From the NCBI RefSeq assembly GCF_009914755.1, contig NC_060944.1: DNA of 64,000 bases, one strand, 5' to 3'. The stretch's first letter is position 1. Each line of letters begins with the position of its first letter. A model generated the notes under the pieces. It saw only the letters and a program-made list of their open reading frames with translations. It was not told the DNA's origin and made no database searches. Position numbers and translations under genes: made by a program. This stretch comes from the human T2T-CHM13v2.0 reference genome, Homo sapiens. Positions 46,301 to 58,009 of this stretch are shown piece after piece.

Positions 46301-46665
46301 CATAATTTGCTAAGTCCCAGCTCTATACTGGGAACTCTGGTAGGCACCAGGAAAACAAAGAAAAGTAAGAAAGTGTGTTGGCCCTCAAGGAGCTTACAGT
46401 TTGGCAGATCAAGGCTGCTGAAGGATATCCTGGTGACCTAAAAATGTCATTCAAATAGGGCCTCCATTTTTCCTAAATATTTTTCCACTCTGCACCTGTA
46501 TCTTTAAGGGTTCCATTGGATCTCTTCTGCCGTTCCTCAGAAGGAAAGTCCAAAATCCCCCAGCCCTACTTTTTTTACTTTTAAACCGAAGCTCTCAAAG
46601 TCTGTGATCCTTTTGGAAATTAAAAAATGATTTGTAGTGCTAGTACTGCCTACAAGTGGACATAT

Positions 46666-46893
46666 ACATTAAGATATTTGAGTTATCTGCCTTATACTCT
46701 TTATTTGAGTTGTGGTTCAAGTTGTGAAAATAGCTGTTAAGACTCTGCAGACGTAGGCCAGCCATACAAGGCTAGGTCCTCACTGTAGCATCATCTAAGT
46801 AGAAGGATTACCGGGACATCCTGACAAGAAACAATATTGAAGCACTAACTCAGCTGCTTCTCTTAAGGCACACTACTGTTTAGTGGTAAAGAA
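46666..46893 (+). repeat. Copy 1 of a ~220-bp dispersed direct duplication
   Basis: Aligns by eye along its whole length with 48287-48500. Confidence 0.9.
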
Positions 46894-46920
46894 ATGTCCT
46901 TCTAGTTTTTGAATACAAAA

Positions 46921-46958
46921 TTGAAGTGAAAATGAGTTTAGACTCATTTTCACTTCAA
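46921..46958. repeat. Perfect 17-bp inverted repeat with a 4-nt spacer
   Basis: ttgaagtgaaaatgagt-ttag-actcattttcacttcaa. Confidence 0.97.
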
Positions 46959-48286
46959 ATAAACTATTGAAGGCTGAGTTATTTTTAGCTTGGCTGTTAT
47001 AGTCCTCAGCTGTGCATAATCCAGCCCTTTGTGGGCCATAGCCCTCCTCTCATTCAAGGGGGAGGGTATCAAATTATCTCAAAAATCTTTTCTCACATGG
47101 GATTTCTATTGGAGGAAGCAAATAAAACTGTAGCTAAATAAAAACTACAAAATAATTTTGCACAAAGAAGAAATTTTCTTGCAGATTAAAAAATTATGAT
47201 TAGAAAAACTTCCAGGGTAGTTATATTTGATCTTAAGAAAGATGTAAATAGAAATTATAAGCTAACATTATAGGCCTTATGTTTTTAGAACAGAAGAAAT
47301 AAGCTAATTAACATTTGACTGTGCACTGATGTTTGTACCCTCATGACAGAATCCTTTAACTTTTGCATAAGTATAAATCAGATCATTCAAGAAAAGAATT
47401 CTCTATTTTTGTGTTTAGAAAATGAAATAAGTAGTGGATGACTTTTCCAGATTTTTCATGATCTATCATAGAGTTAAAAAAATTTATTTTTCTTATTTCT
47501 AAACAACGCTAGTGGTGAATTGCGTGGAAGATATTAACAAGAGATTCCTGTAGCACTAGGGAAAGTTCCTTGAGTAGAGAGAGGCTGTTTTCATATTTCA
47601 CATTTTCCACAATGTTATGAACTTAGATTTTACCTAATAACTGATGACCAATATTGTACATATTCATTGTACAAAAAAGCTTTTAATCCAAATATATATA
47701 AAGAAAATAAAAACTAGCCACAACCCTGAACACAAAGTCTCTGCTAGTGATCTGGATGGTATCTCTTCATACATCATACTTAATAAACTGAGGTCCGTGT
47801 GTATGTATTTTAACTAGGACCCTATTTGTCAGTTATGTGTTTCTGTCCATTTTTTTTACTGATGATTTTGTATTTGACAAACTCTGCTACATGAAGACTT
47901 CTTATCTAGTAAGGAAAGTAACTCTCAGTGAGTTTATTATTTTCCTTTCACTTGTATGTCAGTGCTGTATGGTAGGATGCATTGTTTTTCCTCAGAATTG
48001 TGTTTTCTGTAATGATCTCTGCTTTCGATGATGTTGGTGTTATGTTTTTCAAATTAGATAAACACTTGTATTTTCTTCTGATACTTTTATGGAATGTATT
48101 TTAGTTTATGATATGAGGTCCTTTTTATTCCGTGTAGTGACCAATATTATGCTAATTATAGTCTTTAGGTTTAAGGGACAGCCGAGCTGTGTCTGCCTCT
48201 GCCACACCGTCAGTGCACACATGACAATGAGACATCTGTAGGGAGCAGACTCTCTTTTGCCCCTTAGCAGCTGGATTTCGCTGATG

Positions 48287-48500
48287 ACACTAAGATATTT
48301 GGGTTCTCTGCCTTATGCTTCATTTGAGCTGTGGCCAAAATAGCCATCAAGGTTCTGCTGACCTGCATCAGCCACACAAGGCTAGTCCTCACTAGCATCA
48401 TCTAAGTAGAAAGATTAGTGGGACATACTGCCAAGAGACAATGTTTAAGCACTAAATAGAACACTTCTCTTAAGTCACACTACTGTTTAGTGTGAAAGAA
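48287..48500 (+). repeat. Copy 2 of the ~220-bp dispersed direct duplication
   Basis: Shares taagatatttg, tctgccttat, acaaggctag, tagcatcatctaagtagaa, cttctcttaag and cacactactgtttagtg with copy 1. Confidence 0.9.
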
Positions 48501-49397
48501 TTCTCATGGTGCTTGCCCCCTCCCAAGGCTGACTGCCCTGTCCCTTTCCAATCAGTTAAGGCCAAGGCTCAGGGTCAGAACATGTTCAACAGATAGTTAA
48601 GGAATAGATTAGGGCCACACCCTCAGCAAGTGGCCTACGATGGGCTGTTTTCCTTGGATAGCCACCATCCCCACCCAACCTTATAGGGACTGGCAGAGAG
48701 ATGACCCTCTGAAAATGCTGGTAGTGAGGATGAAGATGTCCTCTGTTGGTTAGTTTCTCTAGACTAAGATGGAGAAAATAAGAAAAAAAAAAATCTCTAG
48801 GGTGAGATCATTTTTTAAAAGATTGTCTTTTGCTTGTATATTACAGTAACCTGAGTTCTCTTTTGTTAATAATGAAATTTGTTCTCTTTTCTTAATAATG
48901 AAATCTTCCCAAATGTTTAGCCAGTATTTGTGAAAAACATGGTTTGTGCCTCCTCCCACCACTGCCATTCCTGCAAGGGAACCTGCCCTTTGCTGAAGTA
49001 GAATAGGATAGGTTAAATGAATGAGGATCATTAGATAGGATAAGTTGGAATAGGATGTATCTCCATCCCCAATCCTTTGTGGTTTTTTTCTCATAGTGTA
49101 TCTTTGCCTGTGCAGAGGCCCGTGATCTCCATTGATGACCCCTTTGATAGATTTGATTAGGAAAAACGTGGTGGGGAATAGAACAACTGGAAAAGGGATT
49201 TGAGTTAAAATGTAAAGACCTGGCTTTGACCACTGCCTCTCCCCTTATTCACTGATGACCTTACACAAGTCATCTGGCTTCACAAGAGCACTAGTCACCT
49301 AACTTGTTAAGCAAAGGTAAACATGATACTTTCTGTACAGCGTTCTCAAGTTTTCCTAAAGAGCAAGTGAAATAATGAATATTAAAATGTCATAGAA

Positions 49398-49720
<323 letters not shown>

Positions 49721-52292
49721 CTAAGGCACTTATACAGTATTAATTTTTATCAACATCATTTCCTTTCTTCTCTGAAGAAGTCTTCATTTAAATGCAATTA
49801 ACGCCACATTAACAGACTGCTGTACAATCTTCTCCTTCCTGCTTGAAAGGAGAAAAATACCTGACACTATCATTCTGCTTATATTATTAATATTTTCCCA
49901 AGAAACTCGACTCCCTAATTATTTTCTCCACTTGCCAGCTCAACTTTATTTTGCAGCTATAAAAACTAAAGTACCAAAGAGTTAAGTGATAAACCCCCAT
50001 TTAGCCAGCCAGTCAGTGCTGGAGAAAGAGACACGCTAAAGGCAAAAACTTGTGACCTTCAGTGGGAGTTCTGTTAACCAACATCCAGAGGAGGAAGAGG
50101 AGGAGGAGAAGGAGCAGCGACCACCCAGCTCAACACCTTCGATTTCCAGTAGCTGCCAGCAGACTCACATTGAGATACGGCTTTGGAGGAAAAACCCAGT
50201 CACCTCTCTAAAGTACGTAGGAATCAAGAGACAGCAGACTTCTCAGGCTTGAATTCCTAAAAGCCCATCTTCATCAGAACACCCACAGTGATAGCACAGA
50301 GAGTTCATTAGTTAGCAGATGATTTAGAATTCAATACTCATTTTCCCAAGGATACAGTGTCATAACGGGATGAGGTTCCCAGACTAGTTCACAAAAGCTG
50401 TTACTATCATGAGCTCTGAGTCTTGGAAAGAGGAGGCCTTAGTATCTGTATCTCAGGGAAATGGCAAGAGCTATTCCTTCCACATCCCTGGGCAGAAGGC
50501 CAGCTCAGAGCAGAATTTTGAAATGAGACAATCATCTGTGGTGTGTTCTCTCTAGCTCTTAGACCCTTTTCCCATCAGTGCCCAGGGCTACTGTGGGCTC
50601 TCTCCTGGTTAGCCCTACTCCCTGCGCAGCTGGACTTCATGTTTACCCACCTCTCTCCACCATGTCCCTGTTCAGGCCCACATGCTCAGTCAGGTGAGAT
50701 GTTAGGAAAGACATTATCCTTCTTTCATCATCCCGAAAGAGGTCTGTCTACCTTCCCACAGGTGTTGGCACTTTTCAACCACAGGCCTTTGTCAGAGAAG
50801 GCATTTTTTTTTAACAAGAAGACCTCCTAAAGTGGCCCAACTCTGCCTTGGATAATTCCTAGTATGTTTTCTCTATTTTTTACAGATGTTTCCCTTCTAC
50901 TTTTAAACTGGAGTTACTAGCCTATGATTCATGAATTCCTTAAAATTAAAAAAAAAATGTGTATTTTTATGTTTTTTTCTGGTCAAAGTTAAATAGCTTC
51001 TATCCAATTCTCAGAACAGTTGATAAGCCTCACAATGTCAAGTGTTGGCCCAAACCCATAAATTCTTCAAAATGTCCAAGTTTGTCACACTTGTTTGGCA
51101 CCAGAGATTTGAGCATAGAGGCTAAGGTTGGTCAGGATATATTTTTAGGTTCTTGAGGGTAGGTGAATGTAAACTGGAAAATCCCTGTGAAATGTATACT
51201 TCCTGCAAAATAACTTCCTTGATTATTTTCACCGATTTCATGTTTAGGGTGATACTGTTTGCAGCCACTTATGGGTGCTTCCCCAGATCTACACAAGAGC
51301 TTCACTGGCATCAATTCAGAAGAAAAGAAAACTTTTAAAAAATAATTTTAAAGAGAAAATGAGAGTATTCACTACTAACCCAAATGACAGCATTATCAGC
51401 AGCCCTGGCTCACTTCCCCTTAGAGACCCGCCCTTTTCATGGGAAGGCAGAGAAGTGAAGTCCTCAGAGGACGGACTCTGGGCCAGACACGTGTGGAATG
51501 AAGGCTTGCCCCTCACTGTGGGAACTGGGCAGATGGCTTGGCCATCCAGAGCATCAGTATCCTCAAGTCTGAAATGGGGAAGGTCATGTCTGCCTCGTGC
51601 ATGTCTCACGTGGACTCACATACCAGGTGCTAGCCCCTGTGCCAAGTGTTTTGCCTTTGGTCTCAGAACAAATGTCCATCATCATTGTCATCTTTAGAGA
51701 AAAACAACTTCAGTCCCAGTGGAATTCATGCGATGCCACTTTTCATTTCACCTCCTGTTTGCCTCAGTTCCCTTGAGTCAATACATACATGCTTGTGTGT
51801 TTCCATCTTTTCTTTTCGTTATTCATTGCGACTCTGTCCCACCTGTTTTGCCCTTTTTACTTAGTTATTATCAAAAAATTTAAAAAGTATTATTAGTGAA
51901 ATTTAGGAAAGAGAGACTTCTTCATTTTAAAGACAGGTGGCTTCTGCGCAGCCATTTTGCCTTGTGGTCTGGGATTGTAGTCATTGTCATTCATGCTCTG
52001 TTTGCACTGCTTTTCTGTAACTAACTGAGGCTTTCTTATGTGTCATATTTCACATCGCTGATGCTCCTGAAAATCATGAGGTGTCCACTAAAGTATGGTT
52101 GTAACGTTCTTTTTGCCTCATTACAAATTAAAATGTTCCAGTTTCATACTTTAACATTATTATATGCCCCCCAAATAAGCTGATAATATATTACACTTTT
52201 AATCTGCTTTTATTGTTGGCAGAAGGTTTTAATTATTTGCAGAGGGCTGTCGCATACAATAACCTATTCAGTGCAACAAACCTGAGAAGAGA

Positions 52293-52770
52293 TTGTATCA
52301 GTCTTGAACCTTTTCATTTTCACGAGACAGCAAGGCCAACTCAAAGCAGCTTAGCCAAAAAAGGAAGGTTTTTGTCTCATGCCCCTGAAAAGTCCAGGCT
52401 TTAGGTACAGCTTGATCAGAGACACAAAGAATATCATTAAGACTCCATTTCTCACCATCTTTGGCTCCAGATTCCACTGTGTTGGCTTCACTCTCAGCTT
52501 ATGTGTGGTGGTTGGTCCCGGCAGCCTCAGGTCCATATCCTTCCAGCAGGGGGAGGTGAGGCCTCTTGCCAGGACAGCTGTGGCTGATGCATCTCTTTGA
52601 GGCTTGTTAGTTCAGTAGTTTGATTGGCCTGAGCCACAGGCCAGTTTCTGGAGTCAGGTAGGGAAACAAGGTCTCTTGAAATGCATGGACATGGATGGGG
52701 GTTGAAGATGTGATTTTCCAGGACAAAATCTGAGCATTGCTTCCAGGAACTGAATGAGTATCCACCATAG
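52293..52770 (-). mobile_element. Old MLT1 (J/K-like) MaLR LTR, followed by MIR fragments (about 52775-53400)
   Basis: tgtatcagtc...caactcaaagcagcttagccaaaaaaggaag...ctttaggtacagcttgatcag...ctctgattggc-like motif. Confidence 0.6.
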
Positions 52771-53561
52771 AGGCATTATTATCATCTCTCTTTTTATAGA
52801 TGAAGAAACTGGTGCTCAGAGAATATGTCAGTTGTCCAAATATCACAGTCAGGTAGTGACCAAGAGAGGACTGGAGCCAAAGTGCTCTTCTCTTTCTATA
52901 AGTCCATATCTAACCATGATGGCAAATGATACTGTGGCCATTGGGCAAAGTGAAGAGAGTACTACTGCACAGGGAGCAGGCCTCCTAGACTCATTTCTGC
53001 CCCTGACTACATGCACGGCCTCAGTCTTTGTGGGTCTCATTCTTCTCATCCATCACATAGTGACAATACCTGCCCTGATGAATACTCCTTGGGGACCAGA
53101 TGAGATGTTGGGAAAAGGACTTTGGGAATCATATGAGTTCTTCATGAATACAAGGCACTCTTGCCTTCTCTCCAGCCCCACATGGTTTGTGAAGGCATCA
53201 CATTTGAAAATGTGTTCAACACTCTCCAGTTTCCAAAGTTGCTTCCTACACCTCACTGCATTTAAATTTCCCAAACAGTCCTGTAAGGTAGATGAGAAAC
53301 CAACCATCAAGGGGTTGAGAAGCTGGCCCTGGGACAAGCCAACAATGAACATGAGACCTTAGACTCCACTCCGTTTCACCTCTGTGCTGGGACTCGTGTG
53401 CCAGGAGCCTCAGCCTGATTCGATCAACTCTGGGTGTATCATTCTCAGCAGATGTGATTAGGAGGAATCGAGAAGCAGTAACATTTTGAATATGCCCTAA
53501 GACTATGTTTTGTAATATTCTACTGTGAATTGCCTACTTTTCAAAATACTCTGGTTGGGTT

Positions 53562-53853
53562 ACTATTATTATTATTGAGATGCAGTTTCGCTCCTGTTGC
53601 CCATGCTGGAGTGCAGTGGCGTGACCTCGGCTCACCTCAACCTCCGTCTCCCAGGTTCAAGCGATTCTCCTGCCTCCTGAGTAGCTGGGATTACAGGCAT
53701 GCACCACCACGCCCGGCTAATTTTCGTGTTTTTAGTAGTGACAGGATTTCACCATGTTAGTCAGGCTGGTCTCGAACTCCTGACCTTAGCTGATCCACCC
53801 GCATGGGCCTCCCAAAGTGCGGGGATTACAGGCATGAGCCACAACGCCCAGCC
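53562..53853 (-). mobile_element. AluSp/Sq-like element whose 5' end is the target site of the DNAJC9 retrocopy
   Basis: Alu consensus with an (ATT)n tail and a small internal deletion (tgcctc joined to ctgagtagc). Confidence 0.93.
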
Positions 53854-53863
53854 ATTAATTATT

Positions 53864-55187
53864 ATTATTTTTTTAATCATCATGTTTTACCTTTTTTATT
53901 TAATCATATACAAATCTTACAAAAATGCTTGAAGTAATTTAACACCTGTACATCAGTACAAAACCTGGCTGAGTAAAATGAAGAGAGAATCTATTCAAGA
54001 TCATTAAGACCAAATGTAAACTGGGAAGTATGTGGAAGATAGCTGTCCAGCAAGTGTCTGGAAGGTGTTCTAGCTGGGTAGAGAGCCTATTCTAACAGAC
54101 ACGCACATCGCAGAAAGCGGCATGAACAGAACCACATCCTAGATAAGAGTGCTGTGTACAGAAGATCCATGGAGGCAAGTGCTGTCAGGAAGGGACACTG
54201 CCTCCCTCCACCCTCCCAACTGTCACCACCAAGTTCCTTCAGGTGAGACCTCACACAATGTCAAGTGCTTTCTAGGAAATACTAAGATCAGGTTGAGAGA
54301 TTCTGCTTGGTCTAGTCAATCTGAAAAATTCAGGCTGGAAAGACACCTTTTCTCAAGAGTTGAATTGCTTTTTGCCTTCAAGTCTTGCCTGCACCTTGCT
54401 TACAATGGCATCAATTTACACCTAAGGACCTTTGAAGAGAAAAATTCCATTATTTCTTTTTTTTCTTGAGAGCAGATTTTTTCCCTCCTCCTTTGGAAGA
54501 TTTGCAGTACTTTGCTTCCATCTGAGCCAGAAAATTGTCCATTTCCTTTTGCCAATCCTTTTGTCTGCTCTGAATGGCTGCCTTCAGGCTATCCACGCCT
54601 TCATCAAGCCCCAACTCCTTTCTGCTCATTTCTGCTTCTTTGGCCTCTTCCTGAGCCCTCCTTTTCTTTGCATTCATCTTTTGTGTTGATTCTTTGACAA
54701 AGGCGTTATAGGATGGGACCTCTCCGGCGTCAATAGCTTGCTGAATGATATTCCTTATCCTGGGTTCCTCTGTGTACTGCACGCAAAGCACAGACTCCAT
54801 GATCTGATCCATGTCACCCTTGAAGTCCAGATAGGCCTGCTTAATATCAGCCAGCTCTTCTTCCAAACCTTTGTATGTCTTTTCAAAAGCTTGAACGTCC
54901 TCTAAAGATATCTTTTTAAAGAGTAGCCGCCAATACGCCTCCCAGTCTTGATCTTGGATGAGCACAGGAGAGTCCTCGTCCACCGTTCCCTGCTCATCGT
55001 ACACTGCTCTCTGTTCTCTGTCACCGAGAATGGAATAGACTTTTTCCAGGATCTGGAAGCAGCGGGTGGCGTCCTCCTTGTCGCCCTCGCCCACCCGGTC
55101 CAGGTGTACCTGCAGGGACACCTTGTGGTAGCCTCGTCGGACCTCGCCATCGGAGGCCTCGCGTTGCACGCCCAGCACCCAGTAAAG
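53864..55187 (-). pseudogene. DNAJC9P1: Processed retrocopy of DNAJC9 (5'-truncated CDS, 3' UTR and decayed poly(A)), antisense within a SLX4IP intron
   Basis: ORF 54450-55208 is an intronless near-copy of DNAJC9 (J-domain ...[14 protein letters not shown]..., C-terminal ...[15 protein letters not shown]). Minus-strand AATAAA at 53895-53900, T-rich tail remnant 53864-53874, and 16-bp TSD ccagccattaattatt at 53848-53863 and 55188-55203. The pseudogene symbol is from memory. Confidence 0.93.
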
Positions 55188-55847
55188 CCAGCCATTAATT
55201 ATTTTCATTTGGGGTTGAATGTAACAGAATCAGAAGAAACTCATGTACATAACCATGAGAAAACAGATCCAGCTCTCAAAAGATGAAGACAGAATTCATG
55301 AAGTCCTACCTTGAGAACAATTTTAAAGACATTGAATAGCTTTTTTTCATCCCTTTATTGCCTTCACATGACGTTTTACAATCCTAAAAACAAGAGTTTG
55401 GTGGGATAGCTTCTGCCATATGCTTCCAGTATGGCTATGAAGGATACTAGGAGGATCATATGGGGTGGGCCATGTGGTCAGGATGAGCTGGGATTGGCTG
55501 GTGCACCCCAAGGACTCTTGGAGTGACCAGTAACCTGATGACATGGCCCCAAAGATCTGCCGCCATAAACTCCAACCTCAGCTAATATTAATGTCTTAGA
55601 GCCTTCAGCCAGTTGCTGGAGAGCTGGCTGCAAGTCACTCCCAACATAGGCCGTGTTTGTCAGATGGGTAGGGGTGTTACCATCCCATGTTGTGTGTCCA
55701 TGTCACATCAGGTTCTAGCCAGCAGCATCTGACCCTGGGGCGTGGTGTTAATATCTGCCTCACCAAGCTGTATTGAGGGTGACAGTGGTGGGTGCCCCCA
55801 TTTCTCTGTTCTCCCTTACTGCAAAATTCTTCCAAAGTGGTGTTGTC

Positions 55848-56155
55848 TAGACCTGTGCTGGCCAGTACTTGTAGCCACTGGCCACATTTGACTATGGAGT
55901 ATTTAAAATACGGCAAGTCAGAAATAATGTAATCCAAGTTGAAAGTGCACACCAGACTTTGCAGACTTAGTATATAAAACATCTGAATATTTTTTACATT
56001 GATCACGTACTATAATGATTATATTTTATATTATGTTAAATATATATTATTGAAATGTAATTTCACCTTTAAAGGTGTCCTTTTACTTTTTTAATGGGTC
56101 TGTAGAAAATTTCAATTTGCTCGTACAGTTCACATTCTGTTTCTCCTGGAGAGTT
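55848..56155. mobile_element. MER33/MER3-like hAT-Charlie element
   Basis: gtagccactggccacatttgact...cacaccagactttgcagacttagtat...attgatcacgt. Confidence 0.72.
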
Positions 56156-56659
56156 CAGTCTCCAGTCTGCCTTCATACTGGAGAAGTGCCAATGCAGCCA
56201 CTTGCACTTCTCCCTTGACCCCATCTCAGGTAGGCTTGGATCCCAGCACTTCACCAAAAACAGCTTATGTCAAAGTCACCTTCCTTCCAGTGATCAGTTT
56301 TCACTCATAACCAGTCAGCAGTGTTCCATACAGTTGTCACTTTCATTGACATTTCATTCTTCACTTCCATGTCACTCTCTCTTGCCTCCAGGAGCAATAT
56401 GCTATCTTGATTTTTCTCCTCCTCACTGATGCTTCCCTCATAGTCTCTTTTCCTGAATCCTCCTCATCTTCTCAACTTCTTTTACTCATCCAAAGTCATT
56501 TCCTAGTAGAGCTCATCCTGACTGACTCTGAGGACTTTGTGTCTGCAGCTCAGACCTCCCTGCTTTGTGTCTACAGCTCAGACCTCCCTCTGCCGGAAAC
56601 CTGTGTCTTACCTGCCTGCTCAGCACCTCCATTTAGATATCCAGGAGGACCCTTACATC

Positions 56660-57037
56660 ATCTTAGTCCATTTGTGTTGCTATAACACAATACCCAAGAC
56701 TGGTAACTTATAAAGAACAGAAATTTATTTCTTATTGTTCTCAAGGCTGGGAAGTCTAAGATCAAATCACCAGCAGGTTGGGGTCTGGTGAGGGTCTAGT
56801 CCCTGCCTCCAAGATGATGTCTCATTGCTGTATGCTCCGGAAAGGAGGAACAGTGTCCCCACAAAGTGGAAGGACAATAGGTCCAACTCCTTCCTTCAGG
56901 CCCTTTTATAAAAACACCTAATCCCATTCATGAGGGTGGAGCCCTCATGGCCTAATTACATCTTCAAGGCCCCACCTCTTAATACCATCACATTGGCAGC
57001 ACCTGAATTTTGGAGGGGACACAGTCATACCATAGCA
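56660..57037 (-). mobile_element. MST/MLT1A-type MaLR solo LTR
   Basis: tcttagtccatttgtgttgctataac...gaattttggaggggacacagtcataccatagca. Confidence 0.85.
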
Positions 57038-57392
57038 ATGCCTAAAACTGATTTCTTGGTCTTATTCCCCAAGCCTGACCCTAAATTTACTATATTTTCT
57101 GTGTTGGTAAAGGCCAACTTCCTTCATCCAGTTATTTAAACCAAAGATTGTCGAGTCACCAATGACTTCTCTTTCTCCCACTCTCTATATCCCGTCCATC
57201 AGCACATTGTGTTGGGTCTCCCATCAAATTATATTTCCATTCTAACCACTGCTCCCCAAGGAGCAGGCTCTTCTCCAAGACCCATCATCTCTGAATCAAT
57301 CAATCATTGCCGAGGCCTCATCACTAGTCTTCCTCCTTGTAACCTTGTCCCTCTACAACGCCCAAGGTATTCCTTTTAAAATGTCAAGTCCC

Positions 57393-57408
57393 AAAAAAAA
57401 AAATGAAA

Positions 57409-57445
<37 letters not shown>
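57393..57445 (+). repeat. A11 plus (AAAT)n microsatellite flanked by a 15-bp TSD
   Basis: aaaatgtcaagtccc occurs at 57378-57392 and 57446-57460. Confidence 0.92.
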
Positions 57446-57447
<2 letters not shown>

Positions 57448-58009
57448 AATGTCAAGTCCCTTTTCTTCTAGGAAGCTTCCATGGGTATATCATCTTCCTC
57501 ACAATAAAATATGCCATCCTTACAAAAGTCACACAAGATCTGCCTTTTCACCACCAGTACACACACACACCCCTCTTTCCTGCTTCCTGACCTCTTCCCC
57601 TGGTTTACGCTCCAGTTTCTGCACCTTCCAGGCATACTCTGTCCTCAGACCCTTGGTGTTCACTCTTCCCCCTACCCAAAATGCTCTTCCCCGTCTGCTT
57701 TTGTGGCTTGTCCTTCACTCAGGTCTCAGTGTAAAGCCCACCTTGTTACCTACCACAGCCTTTCCTGACCACCATATCTAACATAGCACCCCATGGCCCT
57801 TTAGATGTTTATTTCTCCTCATAACATCATAACCACCTGACATACGTTTATTTGTTTGTTTGTTGTCTTCTCCATTGAGATAGGGGCTCTGTGAAACCAA
57901 GGTCCTTTCCCTCAAGGGCCTCAAGCATTGCCAGGTACAGAGGTCAATATTGCCTGATTGGATTACTCTGTCGGATTCTGCTCAGTTATCAATTCTGTGT
58001 GCCTTTAGG

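Larger units (their letters stand above)
56200..57960 (+). mobile_element. L2 LINE fragment interrupted by a MaLR LTR and a poly(A) insertion
   Basis: Pyrimidine-rich L2 sequence (cagacctccctct, cacctccatttagatatcc, ccagttatttaaaccaaa, gtccatcagcac). Confidence 0.7.

Noticed and set aside
52754-53362. 202-aa plus-strand ORF
   Set aside because: It is built from MIR fragments, has no domain similarity and no splice support.
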